From: Phoronis australis
Taxonomy: Eukaryota > Animalia > Phoronida
Assembly: GCA_002633005.1 (NCBI GenBank)
Contig: NMRA01000517.1
Coordinates: 180,289-244,288 of the forward strand
Reading direction: 5' to 3'
Length of the DNA: 64,000 nt
Below, in pieces: positions 51,984-64,000 of the stretch. Position numbers and translations under genes: made by a program. Every line of letters begins with the position of its first letter. Position 1 is the stretch's first letter. The notes beneath the pieces are model-generated. The model worked only from the letters and a program-made list of their open reading frames with translations. It was not told where the DNA came from and did not search any database.

Positions 51984-54900
51984 NGCCCATTATGAGAAAA
52001 AGTCGATATGTGCCAGTATGATAACACTCCCAACACTTTTTGGAAAAAAAGCATTGTGTTAGCATGTTTTAGCAAGCACCAAATAACATGTGTTAGCATG
52101 TTTGAGCAAGCACCAAATGCCATGTGTTAGCATGTTTGAGCAAGCACCAAATGACATGTGTTAGCATGTTTGAGCAAGCACCAAATGCCATGTGTTAGCA
52201 TGTTTGAGCAAGCACCAAATGACATTTGTTAGCATGTTTGAGCAAGCTCCAAATGACATCTGCTGCTGGTTACGAGTGACTGGCAATACGTAGAATTAAA
52301 AGGTTCTCGAATGAAGAAAGCAGTAAGCGTTGGGCACAGATTTAGACATTCTTTTGGTAATGGGAATCTAACATGCCACTAACAGATAAAAATGCATCAG
52401 CTTCTTTCTCGCGCTCGCTCGTGGTTGCTATGGAAACTAGTGCAATTGAAGGAAAGTGATTGAGGGTGTGTACCAGGGGAACCAGACAGGGGTGCAGTAA
52501 AGTGGCAACTTGGATGTGGACCAGGGGAAGCATGCAGGGGTTCAGGAGAGGGCATTTTGGTCAGGTTTCTTTTCCAAAAGACGAAACTCAAGTGTCCTGA
52601 ATTAAAAAGGGGTTTTGCCGTTGTTTAGCTAAGCATGAAGAAATCTTAACCAAAGCGCTTCATGGTGCTCAAAACAGTAACACAGTAACACACTCCTGTA
52701 TTATTGCTATATGATGTAAAGCGTTCACGCTCCATTGTTTGAGTTCGCAGTTTTAAGCTTTGCCATGCCAGTAAACTCTCAGAGGTTTCGTTTAACCAGT
52801 TTTAAGAGGTTTTTAGAGGCTTATTTTTTCGATTTTAGACAGGTTATTACTGAGGAAATGTCTGGTAATGTTTAATCTATACAAAACAAGAAATGAGGAA
52901 GAATACAGTACTATGAGTACGTATAATGCATCTGTCTTAACAAGAGGAAGACAAAGCGGTGGTAATTGCAGCAGGATGTCACTCAATTCTAATGGCAGGA
53001 AAACATTAGAGACCACTTTAACTTAAACTGTGATAATGCCTTCCTGTTATTATCGCCAGCAGTGCCTTCCTCGTCATAGAAGGAATACGTTACCATTATT
53101 TTCGCTTAGTTAACGCGTTTTCAAATGTGATGTAAGAACGAGTTGTTTACGTTGACAGCAGTTTGAAGTTTCAAAACTTAAAAGTCATTATCTATAAAAT
53201 GTTACCTATTTGCTCCATTAAGGTCGCCTATTAGTGGTGATGAGGTGCTTTGAATATGAAACGATTTACCTCCACAAATGCAACATTCTCCAGGCATTTA
53301 CTGAAACATATGTTTGTAACCTGTACCAATCGATGTCGTTCACGAGTGTAAATTGAGGCGTTCCTCACGAATTGCATCTCTGTAATTGTTAAGTGATGAG
53401 CTTTAACCATCGTACTTGCACTCAAGTGTCGCAGGCAGAAAAGTGTCATTTTGCTGTAAATAACTAGTTACGACGTATAAGACGTTCTGTGCCATACTTT
53501 GCTTTGCGTTTTATTTTTGTGAGAACAATATAATAACGACAGAGTGAACGGGGAAATAAGAAATAGCAAGTTTAGATCCTGGGTGAGTTGGCTGAACAAC
53601 CTCAGGGATGGCTTAAAATCTGTAGGCTAGCATTGGTTGGGAGGTGCACTACGCCGATGAATGAAATCTCAAAACTACTTGAAACCCACTCTCTAAGTCA
53701 ATAATTGTCGACATGTTGTTTCCAGTTTGGCCCGGGTTGATCGTGAATCTCAGACGGCTAAGCTTGAATCGCGTGAGCGCATGCGGCCTTGGGCTTGACA
53801 TTCTCGGTCGACACTTGTCGATGGGAATAAAACAGAGGTGCTCGTAAATGGTGTCAACCGTGGCTTTGCCCCTAATTTTGTCTTTCTTTTGGTCCCCTTG
53901 GTCACCGCAGGGCCCTAAATGTCCGCTTATTTCGCAAAGTGGGCGTGAGCGGTGGCCTTAAGGATATCTCCAACCATATTTAGTGGCCTCAATTCTAACT
54001 CGTATATAAAAAACTAAGCTTTGTCAACTAGTAAAAGTACATATTTTCTGAAAGAAAAAAATTAGGGAATATGAAAATACTTTTTGTATTAATGTACCGT
54101 TATTATTTTGTAAAAACCTTTTTAAGTCAAAATTTTATTTTTAAGAATGGTACATTCATAACAAAATAACCCCTCGGTCGATTTTGATGAAACCCTTTTA
54201 AATGAAAAATTCTCCAGTTACCTCAAAAACGTAATTAGGAATTTTCGATTAGTCTTTCGTTTGGTTTCTTTGACAAATCAACTCGCAAAACGTAAGGTAT
54301 CTTTGTAAAAACCAGAAATCGTTTTCGTCTTTATTACATTACGCAAAAGGAGGCCTTTATATCGAAAATTCTATCAGAGTTTTTCAGAATGATGACTAAA
54401 TGTTAAATTTGGAAAGTTTCACCGAAATCCCAGCCGTTTTCGAGAACTCGTGTTCCTAAGTTCAAATAAAGTCGATTTACCGAAGCCGAGAAAAAGCCGA
54501 CTAAACTGGGACAAGTGAAAATCTCAAAGTCTTCGTATAATTATTCGGTAAAATCTTGTTTTCGGTACACATAACCTATTCAAGCCTTAAATATGTTCTG
54601 TATTTCAACATTCACTCGCAATGTCAACTGATTTTGCAGTGCGTAATTAACTTAATTATCATTAAAACGTACCATACCCAGCTAACTCTTACTATTGTTT
54701 GCGACCTTTTGACCTACTGTTATATAAATAGGTCACATATCAGTTATACACATAGCCTGTACACGTCACGTGCTAGGAGACTCACAAAAATCGAATCGGT
54801 GGTGTCGTTAGCATGATATCGAAACATTGAAATGTCAATTTATTAATTGAATGAAGGAATTAGGGTGAGGATTTATCTCTTTTCTCAGCTTGCTGTGTTC

Positions 54901-55435
54901 ATGACCACAGAGGCCTGAGGTGACCGTAGCCTTCGTTCCTAACGACAACGGTCGTATGCCTGTAGACGCACAACTCCCTTAGGATCAAAACTACGTTTTG
55001 TATTTGTTTTCCCCGGCACCATTCTACCATAAGTACACCTCGTTAACTCAATGTTATGGCGATTTTGTGAATGAAAGGACTGAGGGTATACGAAGCTTTT
55101 CTGTACGTGGCGGGAGATTCGATTTGATTGAGAGCCCTTTAACCTTTGACCCCGGATAAGTAGTAAACAAATATCCACACGGTTGTGCGGTTCCATGGTG
55201 GTTCTGTTAAATCTTTTCTTCTAGCTACGCAGTACATATTTTGTATTTGAAGTTCCCGAGAATGAAGATAAGGTATTTTTCTAGACATGTGAAATATTGT
55301 AAAAATGACCATTTTCTGTGAATAAGGTTTGAGAAAACCTTAATTGTAAAATTCAGTACCGCTATAACAATTGATAGTGTTATATACATGTAGCTGCCAT
55401 CGCAGCATCTTTTCAGTTGGTCGTAATGTTTCCAG

Positions 55436-55497
55436 GAAACCTCTGCAGATGCACTGGATACCGACCGATTTTAGCTGCATTCAGGACTTTGTCGCAG
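55436..55497 (+). CDS. XDH: XDH/AOX coding exon 6 (62 nt)
   Basis: GNLCRCTGYRPIL signature; acceptor tttccag, donor cag|gtacg. Confidence 0.97.
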
Positions 55498-56935
55498 GTA
55501 CGCCATTTTGTACAAGTCATATTTACTCATTCCATCGATAGCAGCCCTTTTTTAACGCAAACTTGGTTGCACATCGCACACCTTGTTGTACACTTGTCGA
55601 CACTCTCTACGATTTTTGAAGTGCACTATTAAGCAAACTGACAATATATAATACTAACACAAAGTCACGTAACCTCGTCATGAAAAACAACCTTAATCGA
55701 GAAAGATTGCTACCAGTGCCCAGCTGCAACGTTGTTTATGAGTTCACATGTACATGTCATATATATGAATGTCTTCGTCCTCATTCTCTCAACAGCGTTA
55801 CATTGGACACTTGGTATGCTCTCTTTCCTCACAGTTGCCCTTTCATTTGCAAGGCAGGTCCATTCAAGACCATCATCAACACGCCCGGAAAATATTTACG
55901 AAATACTATTCGCTGGCTTTGTAGAAAATGGCATTTGGAGTCTCTGTTGATCAGTCCTGAAAAACCTGTGCTGAATGAGCGCCTCACTGTTGTTTATCGC
56001 ACACTTGCTTTGTGTTGTTAGGCTTGTGTTCTTCCTACCGTGTCTTACTCTCTGATTTTATGCACTTCTACCTGCTACCACGGTTTAATTCACTGTTTAT
56101 TTCGTTTCCAACACGTTCATTTACCATTTTGCCTATGAATGAAATATGTGCTCTTATTTGGTTGTAATGTCTATTGGCAATTTGGTCCACAACTGCAAAC
56201 GGAATGATGAGAAGTTGTATAGAGAGTATGCGCGACTGTATATAAAGCTGTATAAGTACAATCGTGTTTTAACCATTAACTTATCTAAATATATAGCCAG
56301 CATCATGTAACAACGGTTCCTTTCGTTAGCAGCAAGTTTTTAAAAATGTCTCCTGGTAGTGTATATTCATTAAAATGCTTAAAACCATTATTTACCTTGT
56401 TTTGAAAGTGACGTCATTGTCAGCATCATTAAACCTTCTTTTATTGCACTTCTTGTCACAACCGTGAGTCCAATCTCGCAAGAACGAGAAAGTAGAGGAA
56501 ACGAGACGTTAATTGTAAGATTCTTAGTACCACGGACATGATTGTGACGTACTAACGTACCCAGACATGAGTATGACGTACTAACGAGCCCAGCGCCAGT
56601 GTGTCGTATCCACCAACACGCGAGTTTCTTGTCACAACTACTAGAAAGGCAACGCCTCGTTATTCTTTATTATTCCACAAACTGCGGGGAAGCCAGCGAC
56701 AGTATCTAGCGGCGTTTGACACTTAACGAGAAGAGGTTGACTAATTCTTTGATTTGCTGTCCCAATTATGTATCGACCTGTAAATGCTCGTAACTCGAGA
56801 TCAGAAAATAATCGTATTGTTATCAGACAGTGTTTGTAGATGTTCTAATGCCACTGGTGGGGTTGTTTTGTGGTGTTTTTGATATGAAATTGGTGATTTT
56901 AAGCATTTTAAGACGATCTGTGCATTTGTTAACAG

Positions 56936-56989
56936 GAAGGGTGCTGCCGTGCTGGAAAGGAATGCTGTCAGAGCAGAAACGAGTCATCG
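56936..56989 (+). CDS. XDH: XDH/AOX coding exon 7 (54 nt, Cys-rich linker)
   Basis: EGCCRAGKECCQSRNESS resembles the GCC...CC linker after the Fe-S domain; acceptor ttaacag, donor gtatgg, phase 0/0. Confidence 0.85.
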
Positions 56990-58317
56990 GTATGGACGAG
57001 AGGGACTGAGGGCGTACTTTGCTATACTTCTACGCTTTTCTCGCATCTAAAAATTGCGCCTGATGAACGAAAGAGAGCGCAATTTGTTACCTCCAAGCTT
57101 TTCTCGCCTCCACGCTCCACTGACATTACATTCTGGTGATATACTCAAAAATCAGGCCTGTGGGAGGATAAAATCAAACGTTTGACCCCCCATTTCCTAT
57201 CGCTACCACCCCCATTCTCAAAATGTCGCCAAATTTGTACCGACTCCACATGTTGGTCTGCGCTTGGTGGCAAAACCCCAGAGAGGCAACTGTAAGAACT
57301 TAATTTATTGCCTCGGCCGCCCTGCCGAAAGAAGACCCTGTTCGAAGAAGATCCCTAATACCAAAAGCCACATTACCAGCAATACGTTAAGTACTGAGGT
57401 CATCCGCCAGGTTCTCTGCGTAAACTAGGTCATCGCTTATAGACCAGTCAGCGCTTCACACTCCGCGTGTCCAATGGAGAGAAGCACCATGAAGGTTGCG
57501 CATAGTAGCCCAAAACTACAAACAGTTCAAATATATTCCGTTAAAAGGAAAAAAACATATACTTAAAGATGTCTGGCCAATATCAAGGGTCACCACTCGT
57601 AAGCAAGTCAAAGCGGTTTTTGTTACCCCATGTTAAATACAATTTTTATCTAATTTTCTTCAAACTCCTACATTTCAGTCTTGATTATACTGACATTTGT
57701 TGGGTCTATCGGCAATTAACCGCAAATGAAAGGCTCTGTCGAAAATTATCATTTTTCTCACATCCACTTTCGGGTTTTCAGGGGCGATTTCACTGATCGA
57801 AGCGACAAAATAAGCCGAAACGTTGACCATACCATGTTAAACATAAAATGTCTTCCTAATTTCCTGAAACTTGGCCACGTTTTTAATGAAAAACCTGTCT
57901 ATGTTATGTGCTTTCGGCAAATGTGATTGGTTCATAAATAAGACCCTCACGCTGTGTTTTCTGCGAATGCCCATCCTGGAGGGTCTGAGTGATTTTCGTG
58001 CATGCGCAGTTCACGGTTTCCACATTGCTGGTTATGAGCGATTGTAATTTTTTAATAGGATTTCCTCTTTTTTGATTTCCATTTCCTCTGATTTGATATC
58101 TAGTTTCCTCTTCTTTCGTCTTTTTTATAATTGTTTTCACTTTATTGATGCAAAACGTTTATTTCACTTAAATTTTACAACACAGATGAATATTTTATCA
58201 CACAAGCCTGCTTATTTGTGGAACGGTGCCTCAACTGAAAAGTTTTCTTATTTTGTGTCATTGATCATTCCAAACTCTGAAAAGGTAAATAATAGTGGCG
58301 GTCAATTCAACCATCTT

Positions 58318-59045
58318 ATGACCCTCCACCATCATGTGACCCTCCACCATCGTGTGACCCTCCACAACCGTGTGACCCTCCATCACTGTGTGACCCTCTA
58401 CCATTGTGTGACCGTCCATCGCCAAGTGACCCTCCACCACTGCGTGAGCCTCCACTACCGTGTGACCTTACAGCGTCGTCACCACCGTATGACTTCCATC
58501 ATCGTGTCACCCTCCTCCACTGTGTGACCCTCCACCACCATGTGACGCTCCAACACCGTGCGACCCTCCATCACCATGTGACCCTCCACGTTCGTCTCAC
58601 CATGCACCACTATGTCACTCTCAACTACTCTGCGACCCTCCATCACTGTGTCATTCTGTACCACTGTTTGATGCCCCTGCACCTCCGTGTGACCCACCAC
58701 CATCGTGTGACCCTCCACCACCGTGTGACACTCCACCTTCGTCTCACCATGCACCACTATGTCACTCTCTACTACCCTGCGACCTCCATCACTGTGTCAC
58801 TCTGCACCACTCTTTGATGGCCCTGCACCTCCGTGTTACCCTCCACCATCGTGTGACCCTCCACAACCGTGTGACCCTCCATCACCGTGTGACCCTGGAC
58901 CATCGTCCCATCATGCAACATTTTGTCACTGTCCACCACCTTGTGACACCACCACCGTCTCACCCTCCACCACCATTTTACCCTCCACCACCGTGTGAGC
59001 TTCCACCAACCTTTGAGCCTCTACCACCGTGTGACCCTCCATCAC
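58318..59045. repeat. Degenerate 18-bp minisatellite with higher-order duplications
   Basis: gtgtgaccctccaccacc units; they explain the His-rich (VTLHHR) and Pro/Cys-rich (CDPP) spurious ORFs. Confidence 0.9.
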
Positions 59046-59123
59046 TGTCTGACGGCTCTACACTTCCATTTTGACCTTCCAACTGATGCTATCTGCCAGG
59101 CTATCCGTTTTATAAAGTGATAT

Positions 59124-59777
59124 GGAGGCACAGAACAGTTCTCACAGGGGTTTGCCTGTCAGAACACACGTCAATGCACTCTTGGCCCTTTCTTCACTTT
59201 GTCAAAAACTACATGCAAATAAGGAAATGTTTTGAGTCATTTCACATCAGAAGCCCTACAGATGAGCACAGAAACTTTATTCTCTCTTGCATTTTTGACT
59301 CTCATTCCCAGTGGAAATCAAGTTGAACTAAGAAAAATGAGGGCAAAAAATGCAAAATTGGCACTTTTCACCCCAAAATCACCACTTTCCTGCCGATGCT
59401 CGACTAAAGCCAACATTAGATTCCGAAAGCAAATTTCCTACCGATTCCAAAAATGTGGTCCAAAAGTACTGTCAGCCAACTAGGTTTTTTGCAAATCTGG
59501 CTTGTTTGAGGGCTACCTGAAATCGCGGCCAATTTCTCACAGTTGCTACACAGCAATGCACAACTGCAACAGGGGGCCACCATCTTGAAGAAGAGTGCAG
59601 CCACAGCCAAGAAACTGGCCTTTTTCATTCCCAGCATGCTCACAAATACAAAAAAACATTCATTTGGCCTACACACAATACCTAACTAAAAATGCCCCAA
59701 GCCTGGCCTAGCCCTAGATTTTAACATTTTGGGAGTGCAACTTGGCCGCGGCCACAGCCTAACTATTCTGTGCCACC
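59124..59777. mobile_element. MITE (PIF/Harbinger-like), copy 2
   Basis: TIR GGAGGCACAGAACAGTT / AACTATTCTGTGCCACC; 3-bp TSD TAT. Confidence 0.85.
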
Positions 59778-59861
59778 TATATAATTTCGAGAAAACAAAC
59801 AATGAAAGCGACAGAAGGCGTCATTATCTCTAGCCGGAGAGGACTGAAGAAATACAGTTTG

Positions 59862-60130
59862 CATGGGCGCACCCAGAGGGGGATTGAGGGTCTCGAACTA
59901 GCCCCCCAATTTGGGGAATTGGGCAAAAAGGTCCGCCTCAGCGAAATAAAAATTACGAGTGAACGAGACAAAGGTCCACAAATTCACAGGAATCCTGCGC
60001 GGATGCACAATTCCTACGCCTGAACCTAGTGGTCCTTTTTATTTTTTTAGTCCTCGTAAATTTTTGTCAGTAAAAAGTCCGCATACCGAAAACTTCGAGC
60101 CCCCAATATTTTAGGTTGGGTGCGCGCATG
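59862..60130. mobile_element. MITE with 14-bp TIR and 5-bp TSD
   Basis: CATGGGCGCACCCA ... TGGGTGCGCGCATG, flanked by GTTTG on both sides. Confidence 0.75.
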
Positions 60131-60412
60131 GTTTGCAGTCCATAAACCACCTTCTTGATTTTAAAATTTTATTGCATTAATGTGTTATGCAAAAGCTGTG
60201 CGTTACAAGTTTTCTTGCCATTTTCGATAAACATGTATTGATGATTAAGTATACGTTTACACATGCGTTTAGACGATGTATGCTGCGTGCCTCCTAACAA
60301 CGTCCTGGCCAGGGCCCTCAAAGGGTGAATCAAACACTTATACTTGACAAGTGCTCCCTTCAATTAACTCCTTTTGTCACGGTTTGCTGTAGTTCTTTTC
60401 TCATCCCAGGCT

Positions 60413-60535
60413 TATGCCGGTCGCCAAGGTGTAACCCTGACGGTATGCCGGTCGCCAAGGTGTAACGCTGACGGTATGCCGGTAGCCAAGGTGTAACGCT
60501 GACGGTATGCCGGTCGCCAAGGTGTAACTCTGACG
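60413..60535. repeat. Minisatellite, 31-bp unit, 4 copies
   Basis: tatgccggtcgccaaggtgtaacgctgacgg. Confidence 0.95.
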
Positions 60536-61012
60536 GTTGAAAATGATTAGGAGGAAGTAGCACGCGTGAAGCTTTACTCGTTCTTTTTGTTATCTGAGAC
60601 GTGAGGCTATGTCTGACCTTATTGACAAATCTGTGCCTTCCATATATTATAATAATATTATTACCTTTGGCCAAACTGTAAAAACAACATAATCCGTAAT
60701 GCTTTTATGATTTTATTACAAATCAACTGTCACCTCTGTCTGCTCGTAATTCGCTGAAAGCCTGCTGACGAGTTCATCACTTAATCCTCTTTGTCATTCA
60801 GCGAATGAAGATTGTTATCTCCGACAGCAGAGCGAACGCTGGTTTTGCGAAACTGATTTCGTGTTGCGAGTCACTACTCTCTCCTGAACTGTTACTTGAC
60901 CAGTTACAACGGTTTCCAGCTCACAAACGAATTAAAATGTAAACGACTCAAACGGGTGTCAAACATGAAACTGCTCAACATTTGATAAAATAACCAGTGT
61001 TCATTCTTGCAG

Positions 61013-61099
61013 GAGGAAGGCGAGAAGACCACTGGGAACCACCCATGTCACACCGCTGTTCGCCCGTCACAGGAACCCATATTTCCACCTGAGCTGCAA
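61013..61099 (+). CDS. XDH: XDH/AOX coding exon 8 (87 nt)
   Basis: Ends in PSQEPIFPPEL (family motif); acceptor ttcttgcag, donor caa|gtgagc. Confidence 0.93.
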
Positions 61100-61609
61100 G
61101 TGAGCTAGTTCACTGTTCTTGTTTCAGTTGATAGATTTAATTTCTCTCTCGGCCAATTCGCTGTTCAGATGTTACAGTATGCTTGTCTCAGTCTTATCAA
61201 AGCGCAACAATTAGTACATGTAGCATCTACAGCAATTATAACACTGACCTGCCCTATAAAACAATAAAATCACTTGTATTTTTATGATTTTTTTTACAAT
61301 TTACCAGTTCTCGCCATTTGCTGAAATTAACGGAACTGACGTGAATTAGCAGTTAAAATTTGCTTACCGCCATTTATCCAGTGGAATTCAATTCTGTGAG
61401 TAGAGCGCTTGGCCGCGACCTCGGGGGTCATACGTTTGACCGCAACTGCGGAGGTCGTACGTTTGGCCGCGACCACGACGGTCTTAAATTCGATTCTGGT
61501 CTTAGGCTGATTTAAACACTGTTTTTTTTTATTTCTTTCGCTGACAATGTCAATTGGGGCTTTCCAAAGCTCCAAGCGAGAAAACCCCGTGTAAATAACT
61601 GGTTCGTTT

Positions 61610-63073
61610 TTGGTCGCATATTGCCGTCATCTCTGTCTGGGTGTCCTGGCGTCCGTCGTCCGGCGTCCGCAGCTGTATTTCCTAAACCCTCAAAGGATCT
61701 TGATGAGATTTGGCAGATGTGTTTCTAGTGAAGCTGACGACGGATGACGTTAAATTTCGGACCTCTCCGACTACCGGTGTAACCCGTAGTGGCAAATTTA
61801 TTTTTTACACTTACCTCTGTATCTTCGAAAATTGGCCTAGGCCCTACATGTTCTTACTGTTGAGAGGGCGGCTGACGATGAATTTCCGACGACGTCGACT
61901 ACTTTGGCGCCTCCTAGTGGTAGTTTTATTTGTTTTTGCGACCAGGGCTGTATCTCCTAAATTCTCTACAGGATCTTTATTGAATTTTGCTGTTGTATTT
62001 ATATGAAGGTGACAACAGAGGACGACGACTTTCGGACGGATCGAACTACCTGTGTGCCACCTAGTGGCAATTTTAATTTTTTACCTTTTACCTCTGTATG
62101 TTCAAAGGTCGCAACGGATTTTCAAAAAATTTGGCAGATAGGCATCTTTAGTGAGGGGACGATATCATCCGGTTTTCGGTTGAATTCGAGGCATTTTGTG
62201 CCACCTGGTGGCCATTTTTACTGTTTTCGAATCTGTTTTTTGGAATTTTCCCCTCTGTCAACCAAACCACTCTAAGGATGATTCTGGAAATTGGCATGTA
62301 TGTTCCTAATGTGACGAAGAGGGCTGATGATGATTTTCCGACGACCTCGACAACTGTGGCGCCTCCTAGTGACATTTATTAACATCTATGGCAGTATCTC
62401 CTAAACCGTCTGCAGGATCTTTATCAAATTTAGCAAGTGTATTTATATGAATTTGACAACCAAAGACGACGACTTTCAGATTGATCCGACTACCGATGTG
62501 CCCCCTTGTGGCACTTTTAGTTTTCTAATTTTACCTCTGTATCTTCAAAGGTCCTCAACAGATTCTCATAAAATTTAGCAGATAGGCATCTATTAATGAG
62601 TTGACGTTATCGTCCGGTTTTCGGTTTGAGTCGTGGTATTTAGCGCCACCTGTTGGCCATTTTTTACTGTTTTGGAATCTTGGTATTTGGCGTCTGCCCG
62701 TGTGTCAACCAAAACACTCGTAGGATGGTTGTGGAAAGTGACATGTATGTTCTTAATATGAAGAGTAAGTCTGACTATGATTTTCCGACGACTTCATCTA
62801 GCGTGGCGTCTATTAGTGGCAGTTATGTCTTTTGTGCCTATAGCCTCCCAGCAGCAATTTAATTTTTTTCGTTTCCTTCGTTTTTCCGAATTTCCTTGAC
62901 GGATTTCTATGAAATTTTTCAATAGCTTTGGGGACACATACCAGTTTTCAGATGGATTCGACGTATTTTGCGCCACCTAGTGGCCATTTTTATGTTCCAA
63001 ATAAACAACCCTCGAAGTATACCGTTTGCGGTTCATTCGTGGCCTAATTTCATGGCTCCGCGTTACTCTTGTT
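61610..63073 (+). mobile_element. Same DINE/HINE-like family, longer copy with more internal repeat units
   Basis: Head gcatattgccgtcat...gcgtccgtcgtccggcgtcc and tail ttcattcgtgg...ctcttgttt are shared with 45181-45985; several internal tandem units. Confidence 0.65.
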
Positions 63074-64000
63074 TACTTTGGAAGGTCATGACATGTGTTA
63101 AGGAAATATATACGTAAATAAACCACTTTGCAGTTATTCTGATCTAAATTAATATCTATTTACATATTTACAAAAATGATAACAAACTACGCAAAGCTTG
63201 GGACAAAGACAGAGTCGAACATCAGCACCAACAGCCCAAAACTTGAAACTTGCGGCATCTTCAGTCTTCATGAGTTCATCACCAAAGCGTCACAAGTTCC
63301 GTTGACTCCACTAGCCCACCAAAATAATACAGTCAAGTTCCATTCACAAGACGCTGCTGTTCGCGCCGAAGCAAAGGCTCACCACATAAACAAATAACGC
63401 TCAGTATTCAGAAAGTATGAAGAAAACATTAAGTCCAGCCTCAGTGTTCAGGCAAATCATGATACACGTCTGCTCATCATCAGCGACCAACTAGAACTCC
63501 TTGATAAAACTCAAAACTACCCCCTAGCGGGAATACCTAACATACCTAACGCATGAGATAAGTTTGTTAGTCAATGACTGTCAGTGTCAAGTGGTTAAAC
63601 GAAGAGTTCTACATACCGAGAGTTCACATTGATACTTTTGTTTAAAGTCATATGATCCGTTTGTAGACGTTTTAAAAACATCGTGAATCTGCATAAAAAC
63701 CATTGAAACATACTCTCTGACACTTAATTAGAACTTTTCGTAAGTATGGGGTCGATCTGCTGCCTGTACATATTTTTTCTTTTATTTTTTATTTTCTTAA
63801 AATCTGCGTGATCAAAACAAACGAATGTTGCCCATAATGCTGTGCGGTTTGACCTTTCGGCAACTAATCAGCTGTTTCCGGTACTGCTCCGAAGAAGAGA
63901 AGTTCGCCTTAACCAGGTAATTTATTCGTTTCTTGAACATTTTGATGACGATATTGCTCCCTGTATGAGCTGAACAGTCTAACTATTACTCTTAGAATTA

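Larger units (their letters stand above)
50150..52444. other. Duplication (50150-50764 vs 51985-52444) joined at a single N (51984)
   Basis: gcccattatgagaaaaagtcg...ggaaactagtgc occurs in both copies; the sequences diverge afterwards. Confidence 0.9.
29069..61099 (+). other. XDH: XDH/AOX-family molybdo-flavoenzyme gene, 5' portion (exons 1-8; continues beyond window)
   Basis: Eight GT-AG exons join in frame: [67 protein letters not shown]|[36 protein letters not shown]|[43 protein letters not shown]|NLCRCTGYRPILAAFRTLSQ|EGCCRAGKECCQSRNESS|EEGEKTTGNHPCHTAVRPSQEPIFPPELQ. XDH versus AOX cannot be resolved without the FAD/Moco domains. Confidence 0.95.

Noticed and set aside
58072-59074. His-rich or Pro/Cys-rich protein ORFs
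   Set aside because: Products of an 18-bp tandem repeat that is open in several frames on both strands; no convincing splice or start context.
63872-63916. XDH exon 9 candidate (cag|CTGTTT...AACCAG|gtaatt)
   Set aside because: The peptide LFPVLLRRREVRLNQ has no resemblance to the expected start of the FAD domain; the true exon 9 probably lies beyond the window.

Overview
Eukaryotic genomic DNA, most likely a repeat-rich invertebrate scaffold (AT-rich, with N gaps), so almost all of the short ORFs in the six-frame track are spurious. The main gene is the 5' part of a + strand xanthine dehydrogenase/aldehyde oxidase (XDH/AOX) gene. Eight coding exons (29069-61099) splice in frame and encode both [2Fe-2S] domains plus the linker; the gene continues beyond the window. 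Its intron 2 is a minor-spliceosome (U12-type, GT-AG) intron. Intron 3 contains an intact, intronless class A GPCR with an NRY motif on the opposite strand. The rest is layered transposon debris: a convergent THAP + P2X7-ballast/KolX pseudogene pair (Kolobok-like), an Academ-type transposase remnant, a Sola3-like remnant, and a Penelope-like GIY-YIG fragment with inverted pseudo-LTRs carrying hammerhead-like motifs. There are also MITEs with visible TIRs/TSDs, DINE/HINE-like elements, tRNA-derived SINE heads, palindromes and many minisatellites. Three local duplications abut N characters and are probably uncollapsed haplotypes. All family assignments come from manual motif recognition; no searches were run.
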